Below, piece after piece: positions 55,519-64,000 of a stretch of 64,000 nt of DNA. The stretch lies in NCBI GenBank assembly GCA_016285145.1, contig JAEEQE010000007.1:13684-77683 (forward strand), read 5' to 3'. Under the pieces are notes generated by a model. The model had not been told where the DNA came from, made no database searches, and worked only from the letters and a program-made list of their open reading frames with translations. The position numbers were made by a program, and so were the translations under genes. This DNA is from Bacteroidales bacterium (GTDB lineage: Bacteria > Bacteroidota > Bacteroidia > Bacteroidales > WCHB1-69). The number at the start of each line of letters is the position of its first letter. The stretch's first letter is position 1.

Positions 55519-56949
55519 ATGAAAAGGGTAGTTATTTTTCTTGCAGCAGCCTTAGTTGTGCTCTCCTCCTGTTCCAACAGTGGTGACGGACAACTTGTCG
55601 GCGTAAAGGATCGTCCGGATTTCTATGACGTGGATCCTTTCGGAATGGTCTATGTCCCGACGGGCCACTACATCATGGGTGGCGGTGATCAGGATGTGCC
55701 GTTCGCATTGACGCAGCAGTCCAAAAATGTAACCGTTGCCGCGTTCTGGATGGACGAGACGGAAATCACGAACAACGAGTACCGTCAGTTCGTGTACTGG
55801 GTTCGCGACTCCATCGCGCACGTCCTCCTCGGCGATGCCGAAATCACCGAAGCCGAGAAGTACGGCCACTATCTGAAATACAAGAGTGGCGAAAACGAGG
55901 GTGAAGTCATGGAACCCAAATTGATCAACTGGCGTGAGGAAATTCCTTGGGATTCCGACAATGAGGAGGTCCAGGCCGCACTTAGCCCGCTGTTCAACAA
56001 GGTCAACACCCGTTTCTATCATTACCGTCCCAACGTGACCAACGTTGCCATGTACAACTACGAGTACTGGTGGTATGACTATCGCAATTTCCGTGACCCG
56101 AAGGATCCTGACAATTTCGGAGCCTCCACCAAGGAGTTTGACAAGGAGGGTAACGAGTATGGCGGTCTGTACGCAAACCGTCCCAGCAGTATGGGCAACG
56201 GCTACCAGCGCTTCATCAAACACGAGGTGGTCAACATCTACCCTGACACCTTGTGCTGGGCGCACGATTTCGTCTATTCCTATAATGAGCCTATGTTGCT
56301 GAACTATTTCTCCAACCCGCAATATGATAACTATCCTGTGGTCGGAGTAAGTTGGCAACAGGCCAAGGCCTTCTCCCATTGGAGAACCCAGTTGCGCTTG
56401 TCATGGCTCTCCACCAAGGAGTATGCTAACGAGCATGAGTTCAGACTTCCCACGGAAGCGGAATGGGAATGGGCTGCCCGTGGCGGCAACAGCCTCGCCT
56501 CTTATCCGTGGGGTGGTCCCTACACCACCAACCAGAACGGCTGCTTCTTGAGCAACTTCAAACCCCAGAGAGGTAACTACATCGCTGACGACAATTTCTA
56601 CCCCAGCATTGTGGCCCACTATCACCCGAACGATTGGGGCTTGTTTGACATGAGCGGCAATGTGGCAGAGTGGTGCGAGGATGCCTTCGACAAGTCGGCT
56701 ACGAATTTCACCCACGACATGAACCCGGTTTATGTCTATTATGCCAAGAAGGACGATTCCCCGGCCAAGAAGAGAAAAGTGATCCGTGGCGGTTCCTGGA
56801 AGGATGTCAGCTACTACACGACCGTGTATGCTCGCACGTTCGAATATCAGGATACCTGTAAGGCCTACGTCGGGTTCCGTAATGTGCAGTCCTACATGGG
56901 CCGTCAGCGTGGCGATGGCTCCAGCAAGAATGCATCTCACGTTTATTAA
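55519..56949 (+). CDS. porK: T9SS lipoprotein PorK/GldK (SUMF1/FGE fold)
   Basis: Lipoprotein signal ..LSSCS; VTVAAFWMDETEITNNEYRQF; RVIRGGSWKD. Confidence 0.9.
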   Translation: MKRVVIFLAAALVVLSSCSNSGDGQLVGVKDRPDFYDVDPFGMVYVPTGHYIMGGGDQDVPFALTQQSKNVTVAAFWMDETEITNNEYRQFVYWVRDSIAHVLLGDAEITEAEKYGHYLKYKSGENEGEVMEPKLINWREEIPWDSDNEEVQAALSPLFNKVNTRFYHYRPNVTNVAMYNYEYWWYDYRNFRDPKDPDNFGASTKEFDKEGNEYGGLYANRPSSMGNGYQRFIKHEVVNIYPDTLCWAHDFVYSYNEPMLLNYFSNPQYDNYPVVGVSWQQAKAFSHWRTQLRLSWLSTKEYANEHEFRLPTEAEWEWAARGGNSLASYPWGGPYTTNQNGCFLSNFKPQRGNYIADDNFYPSIVAHYHPNDWGLFDMSGNVAEWCEDAFDKSATNFTHDMNPVYVYYAKKDDSPAKKRKVIRGGSWKDVSYYTTVYARTFEYQDTCKAYVGFRNVQSYMGRQRGDGSSKNASHVY

Positions 56950-57004
56950 TAGAAAATTATTATAACAAATTCATAAATCATTAACCAAATTAAATCTATC
57001 AAAA

Positions 57005-57724
57005 ATGAATGCTATTGAAAGATTAGTCAGAACAAACGGGTACAAAAACTTCATGGCCAAGTTGTACGGCTGGGGTGCTGCTGTTGTGATTTTGGGCGCC
57101 TTGTTCAAAATCCTCCACTGGCCGGGCGCCAACATCATGCTTATGGTGGGTATGTTTACGGAGACCATCATTTTCTTCTTCTCCGCATTCGAGCCCCTGC
57201 ATGTGGAATACAATTGGGCGTTGGTATATCCTGAGCTGGCCATCGCCGAGGAACCGGCAGAGCCGAGCAAACGTGAGAAGAAGAAAATAGCCCAGGGCGC
57301 TACGCCGACCCAACAGCTTGACAAGATGCTGGAAGAGGCTAAGATCGGTCCCGAACTGATTGAGAGCTTGGCAACGGGTATGCGTAACTTGAGCGACAAC
57401 GCTAAGAAGTTGGCTGGTGTTTCCGACGCCGCCGTGGCTACCGACAGTTTTGTCGGCAATATGACCAAAGCCGCTGAATCCGTCCGCAATCTGACCCTGA
57501 AATATGACAAGGCTGCCGCTGCCATCGATACCGACGGTAATGCTTCTGCCGCATACGTCGAGAGCTTGAAGAAAGCCACCACGGCTGTCAACCAGCTCAC
57601 CGCTGCCTACGAGCAGACTACGACCTACAAGGCTGAAATGGACAAACTTACGAACAATATCGCTGCCCTCAGCAAGGTCTATGGCAATATGCTTGCCGCT
57701 ATGGGCGTCAATCCTAACAAATAG
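57005..57724 (+). CDS. porL: T9SS motor protein PorL/GldL
   Basis: Two N-terminal TM segments, with the conserved FKILHWPGA and FFFSAFEP. Confidence 0.85.
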   Translation: MNAIERLVRTNGYKNFMAKLYGWGAAVVILGALFKILHWPGANIMLMVGMFTETIIFFFSAFEPLHVEYNWALVYPELAIAEEPAEPSKREKKKIAQGATPTQQLDKMLEEAKIGPELIESLATGMRNLSDNAKKLAGVSDAAVATDSFVGNMTKAAESVRNLTLKYDKAAAAIDTDGNASAAYVESLKKATTAVNQLTAAYEQTTTYKAEMDKLTNNIAALSKVYGNMLAAMGVNPNK

Positions 57725-57778
57725 TCCGAATCATTTAAATCACTGTTTACACTAAATCATTAACTTAATTTATTAGAT

Positions 57779-59410
57779 ATGGGTGCAACAAATTGTCCGG
57801 AGACCCCGCGACAGAAAATGATTCAGATGATGTACTTGGTCTATACCGCCATGTTGGCGTTGAACGTATCTGCGGATATTTTGAACGCTTTCATCGTGGT
57901 GGACGACACATTGGCCATTTCCACACGCAACGCCACACAACAGAATTTCGCCGACTACAACTGGTTTGAGCAGCAGAAGACCATTCTGGGTGAGGCCAAG
58001 ATCCACGATGCATACGTTAACGCGCAGACCCTCAAGAAAGAAACCGCAAAAATGGTGAAATATATTGAGAACATGCGCCAAGACCTGATTTTCTACGTTG
58101 ACGGTGACACGTTGGTTGAAATCAAGAACGCTGAAGGCAAGAAGGTGAAAGTTCCCTCCACGGTCTCTACAATGAAGGCAAAAGAGAACTTTGACAAGCC
58201 TACCGATTACATGATCAACAAGAAGCATGCTTACGAGCTTGCGGATAAGATTCGTGAATACAAGAAAAACATTCTTAAATTAGCGAAGGCATCCGACAGA
58301 GAAAGGCTGTCCAAAGGCCTTGGTTTGGATGTGGACCAGAAATTCACCAAGGAAGGTGCTGTGCAGACTTGGGCGGAACATAACTTCGACCATATCATTG
58401 CTGCCGCTGCCGTCACCCTTTTGAACAAGGAGGTGGGTGAGGTTCGTAATGCCGAATCCATGATGCTTACCTACTTGAAGGCTTCCATCAGTGCCGAGGA
58501 CTTCAAGTTTGACCATGTGGAAGGCCGTGCCATCCCGAAATCTCAGATGGTGTTCTCCGGCGACAACTACGAAGCTGACATTATTGTGGCTGCTTACGAT
58601 ACGAAAGCCACACCGGAAGTCTTCTACAAGATGGGTGCTGACACGCTGACCGAAGCCGGTCTGGCTGGTGCCACCAAACTGGAGGGTGAGAACGGTGTTG
58701 TGAAACTGAAACTTGCCGCTGGCGATGTAGGTGAAAAACGCTACGCTGGTTTGATCAAGATTATGGACCCGAGTGGCCAACCGAAATATTATGGCTTCAG
58801 CGACAAGTACGCTGTGTTGAAACCGTCTGCCACGATTGCGGCTGACAAGATGAACGTGCTTTACGCCGGTATTGCCAACCCGGTGTCCGTGTCCGCTCCG
58901 GTGGATCCCGGCAAGTTGAGCATCTCGTTCCCCGGTTGTAATGTGAGCAGCCAGGGTGCCGGCAAGTTCGATGTGTCGGTTCCCGCTTCTTTGATCGGTA
59001 GGACTGTCACCGCCACGGTGTCCGCCAAGTTGGGCGAGTCCACCAAGCAACTCGGTGCCACGACTTTCCGTGTGAAGAAGGTTCCCGATCCTCGTGCCGT
59101 GCTGGGTGCCAACATCCGCGGTGGCAAACATGCCAAGGCAGAGCTTACCGCCAACCCGGTGCTTCGTGCCACGATGGGTGAGGACTTCGCCTACGACTTG
59201 AAATGGAAGGTGAACTCTTTCCGCGTCATCTTTGTGAGCAAGGGTATGGAAGACCCCGCCATGGTTTGCCAAGGTGGTGCCCTTTCTGAGGCTGTGAAGG
59301 CCAAGATCCAGAAGTCTCCCGCCAATACGGTGATCTACTTCTCGGACATCAAGGTGTCGTCTGAGGCTGGTTCCCGTACACTTGACGAATTTTCTGTTCG
59401 TATCAGATAA
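57779..59410 (+). CDS. porM: T9SS PorM/GldM
   Basis: RQKMIQMMYLVYTAMLALNVS is a typical N-terminus. 543 aa. Confidence 0.85.
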   Translation: MGATNCPETPRQKMIQMMYLVYTAMLALNVSADILNAFIVVDDTLAISTRNATQQNFADYNWFEQQKTILGEAKIHDAYVNAQTLKKETAKMVKYIENMRQDLIFYVDGDTLVEIKNAEGKKVKVPSTVSTMKAKENFDKPTDYMINKKHAYELADKIREYKKNILKLAKASDRERLSKGLGLDVDQKFTKEGAVQTWAEHNFDHIIAAAAVTLLNKEVGEVRNAESMMLTYLKASISAEDFKFDHVEGRAIPKSQMVFSGDNYEADIIVAAYDTKATPEVFYKMGADTLTEAGLAGATKLEGENGVVKLKLAAGDVGEKRYAGLIKIMDPSGQPKYYGFSDKYAVLKPSATIAADKMNVLYAGIANPVSVSAPVDPGKLSISFPGCNVSSQGAGKFDVSVPASLIGRTVTATVSAKLGESTKQLGATTFRVKKVPDPRAVLGANIRGGKHAKAELTANPVLRATMGEDFAYDLKWKVNSFRVIFVSKGMEDPAMVCQGGALSEAVKAKIQKSPANTVIYFSDIKVSSEAGSRTLDEFSVRIR

Positions 59411-59428
59411 TTTTAAAACTACTATATT

Positions 59429-60361
59429 ATGAAAAAGTTTGGTTTGTTATTAATCGGAATTTTCGCCTTCTCGTTTGCTTTCGCACAAGATGATGAAGAA
59501 GGCAGCACCATGCAGCAGCCCATCAACCGTGCCCCGGCAGAGTTCGCCTGGGAACAGGTGGATGTGGGCGAGTTCTCGGACCCCATTCCGTATGCGCCCA
59601 TTCGGCAGGCTGACGTGATGTACTATTACACCATCTGGAGAACCATCGACCTCCGGGAAAAGGTGAACCATCCGCTCTATTTCCCCACGGAAGTGCGCGG
59701 CACGTGGCGTAGCCTTGCCCAAACCATCTTCGATGCCATTGACATGGATAATCCCGACAAGACGGAGGGCGTTTTGCCTGTCTATACGGATGACATGTGC
59801 CTGGAGCCCACTCCGCGTGGAGACCTGAAAGGCAACCTGGCCATCTCCTATAATATCGATGACATTGATATTGAAACGGGTGAGGTCATTGGTACCAAAC
59901 CGGTGGAGATTCCTTTCGAGCCGAAGGACATCATTTCCTACAATATCAAGGAAATATGGTATTTCGACAAGCAGACCTCCACATTCAAGACCCAGATTCT
60001 GACTCTCGAACCCATTATGGAGTATGTGCGTCCCAACACATCTTCCAATTTCGATGAAGAACAGGAGGAGAATGTGAGCGAAGCCCCGGTGAAGAAACGT
60101 ATCGGTTACATTTATTACAGTGAACTGAGACCGTTCCTCGCCAAGCAGGAGGTATATAATGTGCGCAACAACGCCCAGCGTCTCTCTTTTGATGACCTGC
60201 TGACCTGGAAGCGTGAGTTTGCCTCCCTGATTTACAAGCAAGCTAATGTGTATGATCGTGAGATTCAGGAATACATTACCAATTCCCGCGACCAGCGCCT
60301 TGAATCCGAGCGGATTACCGACGAACTTCGTAGATTTGAAAGCGACCTTTGGGAATTTTAA
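59429..60361 (+). CDS. porN: T9SS PorN/GldN
   Basis: Signal peptide. Last gene of the operon. The WRTIDLREKVN.. pattern is typical of GldN. Confidence 0.8.
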   Translation: MKKFGLLLIGIFAFSFAFAQDDEEGSTMQQPINRAPAEFAWEQVDVGEFSDPIPYAPIRQADVMYYYTIWRTIDLREKVNHPLYFPTEVRGTWRSLAQTIFDAIDMDNPDKTEGVLPVYTDDMCLEPTPRGDLKGNLAISYNIDDIDIETGEVIGTKPVEIPFEPKDIISYNIKEIWYFDKQTSTFKTQILTLEPIMEYVRPNTSSNFDEEQEENVSEAPVKKRIGYIYYSELRPFLAKQEVYNVRNNAQRLSFDDLLTWKREFASLIYKQANVYDREIQEYITNSRDQRLESERITDELRRFESDLWEF

Positions 60362-60397
60362 TCACACAAAAAACCAGACTTTTTTCATAGATTTCAA

Positions 60398-60424
60398 AAC
60401 GGGTGCCAATGGTGCCCGTTTTTT
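60398..60424 (+). terminator. Intrinsic terminator after porN
   Basis: aacgggtgcc-aat-ggtgcccgtt stem (with G-U pairs) followed by tttt. Confidence 0.55.
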
Positions 60425-60426
60425 AT

Positions 60427-60434
60427 TACCTTTG
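60427..60434 (+). promoter_or_regulatory. -7 promoter box (TACCTTTG) for hldD
   Basis: 15 nt upstream of the ATG at 60449. Confidence 0.4.
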
Positions 60435-60448
60435 CAAAAAAATATTTT

Positions 60449-61435
60449 ATGATAGTAATAACGGGAGCGGCCGGTTTTATTGGCAGTTGTATGGTGGCCA
60501 AAATGAATGAGATGGGCCGCCGTGACATTATTATGGTGGATGACTTCTCCAAGGAGGCCAAGCGTCGGAACTGGGAGGATAAACTCTATATGGACAAGAT
60601 TCACCGGAATGATTTCTTCCAGTGGGCGGAGAAGCATGTTGACGACATCGAATGGATCATCCATCTGGGTGCCCGCACGGACACAACGGAGTTTGATTAT
60701 TCCGTATTTGAAGAACTGAATGTGGAATATACGCGGCGGATATGGAATCTGGCCGCCAAACGAGGCATCCCGCTCATATACGCATCCTCGGCGGCCACGT
60801 ATGGCGCGGGCGAGTTGGGGTATGTGGATCAGGAGCAGTTGGCCTATCGCCTGCAGCCCCTGAATCCGTACGGTAAGTCTAAGAATGAGATAGACAAGTG
60901 GATTCTGAAGCAGCCTTCGAGTCCGCCGTATTGGTACGGGTTCAAGTTCTTCAACGTCTATGGCCCGAACGAGTACCACAAGGGGCGGATGGCATCGGTG
61001 GTGTTCCATTCGTTTCATCAGATTCAGGATACAGGGAAGGTGAAGCTCTTCCGTTCGCACCGTCCGGATTACGCGGACGGCTACCAGTTGCGCGATTTTG
61101 TGTATGTGAAGGATCTTGTGCGGGTGCTCTACTGGTTCATGAACCATCATCCGGCCAGCGGGATTTACAACCTTGGCACCGGTTTGGCGCGGCCTTTCTT
61201 GAGCTTGGCGCAATCCACTTTCGCTGCGATGGACCTGGAACCGAATATCGAATTTGTGGATATGCCGGAGGATATACGGGAAAAATATCAGTATTTCACG
61301 GAAGCGGACATGCGTAAGATGCGCAGGACGGGCTATAGGAGGCCGTTCTACTCGCTGGAAGACGGTGTCAAGTCGTATGTGCGGCGTTATCTGATCAAAG
61401 ACAGGGTCTATTCGTTATCCACAAAAAGGTTTTAA
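60449..61435 (+). CDS. hldD: ADP-L-glycero-D-manno-heptose 6-epimerase-like SDR
   Basis: MIVITGAAGFIGS, ASSAATYG, YGKSK and FNVYGPNEYHKGRMASVVFH track E. coli HldD closely. Confidence 0.75.
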   Translation: MIVITGAAGFIGSCMVAKMNEMGRRDIIMVDDFSKEAKRRNWEDKLYMDKIHRNDFFQWAEKHVDDIEWIIHLGARTDTTEFDYSVFEELNVEYTRRIWNLAAKRGIPLIYASSAATYGAGELGYVDQEQLAYRLQPLNPYGKSKNEIDKWILKQPSSPPYWYGFKFFNVYGPNEYHKGRMASVVFHSFHQIQDTGKVKLFRSHRPDYADGYQLRDFVYVKDLVRVLYWFMNHHPASGIYNLGTGLARPFLSLAQSTFAAMDLEPNIEFVDMPEDIREKYQYFTEADMRKMRRTGYRRPFYSLEDGVKSYVRRYLIKDRVYSLSTKRF

Positions 61436-61475
61436 ATTCTTTTTTTTATGGCGCCTGTTATATCAAAGTTTTTTA

Positions 61476-61483
61476 TATCTTTG
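61476..61483 (+). promoter_or_regulatory. -7 promoter box (TATCTTTG) for recQ
   Basis: ~54 nt upstream of the ATG at 61537. Confidence 0.4.
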
Positions 61484-61536
61484 TCTTCCCTAAAACTACA
61501 AAATTTTATTGTCGATAGTCTAATAAATTTTTGCCG

Positions 61537-63738
61537 ATGAAAAACTATACGGATAAGGAGATTCTGCAGACCTTGAAAACGGTTTTTGGTTACGACAAGT
61601 TCAAAGGTGACCAGTTGAAGATTATTAAATCGTTGCTCAAGGGCAAGGATTGTTTCGTCATTATGCCTACTGGCGGCGGAAAGTCTTTGTGCTACCAGTT
61701 GCCGGCGCTGATGAAAGATGGCACGGCCATCATCATTTCCCCGCTGATCGCCTTGATGAAGAATCAAGTGGACGCCATCCGGAACTTCGGCACGGACATG
61801 GGGATTGCTCATTTCCTCAACTCATCGCTGACGAAAATGGAAATCAATGAGGTGAAACAGGATCTCATTTCCGGTAAGACGAAACTGCTGTATGTGGCTC
61901 CCGAGTCGCTGACGAAAGAAGAGAATGTGAAGTTCTTCCAGGATGTGAACATCTCCTTTTATGCCATCGATGAGGCACATTGTATTTCGGAATGGGGCCA
62001 TGACTTCCGTCCGGAGTACCGCCGCATTCGCGCCATCATTGACAAGATAGGCAAGAAGGTGCCGGTGATTGCACTGACGGCCACGGCAACGCCCAAGGTG
62101 CAGAGCGACATCCAGAAGAACCTCGGCATGGACAAGGCGGAAATCTTCATCTCCTCGTTCAACCGGCCGAATCTGTACTATGAAATCCGGGAGAAGACCA
62201 AGGATGTGGACAAAGAAGTGGTGAAGTTCATCAAGAACCATCCCGGCAAGTCGGGCATCATTTACTGCCTGAGCCGGAAGAAAGTGGAAGAACTCGCCTC
62301 GTTCCTGCAAGTGAACAAAATCCGCGCGCTGCCGTATCATGCCGGTCTGGATTCCCGTACCCGCGTGCAGAACCAAGACGACTTCCTGATGGAAAAGGCC
62401 GACGTTATCGTGGCCACCATCGCCTTCGGTATGGGCATTGACAAACCCGATGTGCGTTTTGTCATCCACTATGATATGCCGAAAAGTCTGGAAGGATACT
62501 ATCAGGAAACCGGCCGCGCCGGTCGTGACGACGGCGAGGGCCTCTGCATCGCCTTCTATGACTACAAGGATTTGCACAAATTGAAGAATTTCTCCAACAA
62601 GAAATCCGTGGCCGAACAGGAGGTGGTAAACCAGCTGCTGGCGGAGACCGCCTCGTATGCGGAATCGACCAGCTGCCGCCGCAAACATTTGCTTCACTAT
62701 TTCGGCGAGAACTACGAGGAGGAGAACTGCCACAATTGCGACAACTGCAACCATCCGAAACCCAAGATGAATGCTTCGGATCTCATTGTCTTGGCAATGG
62801 AAGTGATTCAAACGGTGAAACAACAGTTCAAGGAGGATCAGATTATTGACATTCTGATTGGCAATAAAACGACTTCTATCGTTAAATTCAAGCATAACAA
62901 GCTCAAACAGTTCGGCGAAGGGCAGGATTACGACGAGAAGTTCTGGTCCAACATCATCCGCTTGGCCATCTTCGACGGGCTTATTGTGAAAGATGTGGAG
63001 AATTACGGTCTGCTTAAGATCACTCCGAAAGGGGAGAAGTATATGCTCAACCCCTATTCCATCATGACCACCAAACCGGCAAAGGAGAATGAGGAGGAGG
63101 AAGACGAAGTGATTGACAATGTGGTCGGTGGAGTGGAAGAGGCCTTTGATACGGCCCTCTTCGGTCTGTTGAAAGATTTGCGGAAGGACATATCAAAAGA
63201 GGAGAACCTGCCGCCGTTTGTGATTTTCCAGGATCCCTCGTTGGAGGATATGTGTATCCAGTATCCTACCACAATGGAGGAAATGACACACATCGCCGGT
63301 GTGGGGGTTGGCAAAGCCCAAAAGTATGGCAAACGTTTCATAGAACTTATCCGCAACTATGTGGAAGAAAATGAGATAGAACGTCCTCAAGACTTTGTGG
63401 TGAAATCCGTGGTCAAGAAATCGGCCATCAAGGTGTTCATCATCCAAAGCATCGACCGGAAGGTGAGTTTTGAGGATATCGCCATCGCCAAGGGCTTGGA
63501 TATGAACGAATTGCTGAGTGAGATAGAGATGATTGTCTCGTCAGGAACCAAGATTGATATCAGTTATTATATTGACGAGGAGATTGAGGAGTACCATCAA
63601 GAAGATATTCTGGACTATTTTGCCAATGCGGAATCGGATTCGGCGGAGAAGGCGCTCGAAGTGTTGGGTGAGGATGAATACACCCTGGAAGAGATTCGTG
63701 TGATGCGTATCAAGTATCTGTCGGATGTTGGGAATTAA
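61537..63738 (+). CDS. recQ: ATP-dependent DNA helicase RecQ
   Basis: [30 protein letters not shown], the Zn-finger Cys cluster ([19 protein letters not shown]) and a C-terminal HRDC region. The track ORF starts at a TTG 2 codons upstream. Confidence 0.9.
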   Translation: MKNYTDKEILQTLKTVFGYDKFKGDQLKIIKSLLKGKDCFVIMPTGGGKSLCYQLPALMKDGTAIIISPLIALMKNQVDAIRNFGTDMGIAHFLNSSLTKMEINEVKQDLISGKTKLLYVAPESLTKEENVKFFQDVNISFYAIDEAHCISEWGHDFRPEYRRIRAIIDKIGKKVPVIALTATATPKVQSDIQKNLGMDKAEIFISSFNRPNLYYEIREKTKDVDKEVVKFIKNHPGKSGIIYCLSRKKVEELASFLQVNKIRALPYHAGLDSRTRVQNQDDFLMEKADVIVATIAFGMGIDKPDVRFVIHYDMPKSLEGYYQETGRAGRDDGEGLCIAFYDYKDLHKLKNFSNKKSVAEQEVVNQLLAETASYAESTSCRRKHLLHYFGENYEEENCHNCDNCNHPKPKMNASDLIVLAMEVIQTVKQQFKEDQIIDILIGNKTTSIVKFKHNKLKQFGEGQDYDEKFWSNIIRLAIFDGLIVKDVENYGLLKITPKGEKYMLNPYSIMTTKPAKENEEEEDEVIDNVVGGVEEAFDTALFGLLKDLRKDISKEENLPPFVIFQDPSLEDMCIQYPTTMEEMTHIAGVGVGKAQKYGKRFIELIRNYVEENEIERPQDFVVKSVVKKSAIKVFIIQSIDRKVSFEDIAIAKGLDMNELLSEIEMIVSSGTKIDISYYIDEEIEEYHQEDILDYFANAESDSAEKALEVLGEDEYTLEEIRVMRIKYLSDVGN

Positions 63739-63796
63739 GAGTTTAGAGTTGAGAGATTAGAGTTTAGAGTTTTTTGAAATAAGAAATAAGAATCAA

Positions 63797-64000
63797 ATGG
63801 AAGAGATTAGAGAAGACAATTTTTTTAATGAGAATGTCGCGCCGGATGAAGTGATGCCCGGTTTCGTGGCGGAAGAGTCAAAAGAGAAGAGTGAGCGTCA
63901 GGCGCCGGAAACACCGGAGCAGCCGGATGGTGAACCCGAGATGCGGGTGGAACCGGAAGAGCCTTGTGTAGGCAAAGATGGCACCTGTGATGCGCGTGCA
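63797..64000 (+). CDS. Hypothetical acidic protein, 5' part only (runs off the window)
   Basis: The ATG at 63797 opens MEEIREDNFFNENVAPDEV.., which stays open to position 64000. Confidence 0.3.
   Translation, partial: MEEIREDNFFNENVAPDEVMPGFVAEESKEKSERQAPETPEQPDGEPEMRVEPEEPCVGKDGTCDARA

Overview
This is a chromosomal window from a Bacteroidota genome, probably Bacteroidales or Prevotella-like. The evidence is many TAnnTTTG -7 promoter boxes, a porP-porK-porL-porM-porN type IX secretion (T9SS) operon, GC3-rich core genes and AT-rich accessory patches. All family calls come from motif recognition by eye; no searches were run. Recognisable content, in order: (1) a VapBC-like PIN toxin-antitoxin (TA) pair. 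(2) An aryl-polyene/flexirubin-like type II PKS/FAS lipid cluster (1.9-14.3 kb) split in two by a 2.4-kb accessory insertion. (3) A PARG-like macro-domain gene and an L,D-transpeptidase. (4) A 2987-aa T9SS type-B cargo protein preceded by a BatD-like gene. (5) A REP-associated tyrosine transposase (RAYT) with an 11-unit 26-bp tandem array and a copy of its hairpin inside its own coding sequence. (6) pepE, a nucleotidyltransferase plus PP-loop gene pair, and mpg. (7) A decayed accessory island (32.8-36.4 kb) with four copies of a 35-bp dyad repeat delimiting gene cassettes and a truncated TA pair. (8) A glycogen operon (GDE/GT4/GH57). (9) A terC-mntP pair behind a probable Mn riboswitch. (10) An rpsL-rpsG-fusA-rpsJ block not followed by rplC. 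(11) An ECF sigma trio, a transketolase C-subunit and a 1151-aa beta-barrel protein. (12) The T9SS core, hldD and recQ. I see no obvious known defense system. The best candidates for something undescribed are the repeat-delimited cassette island, the RAYT/array locus, the atypical lipid cluster, and the divergent, synteny-broken str block.
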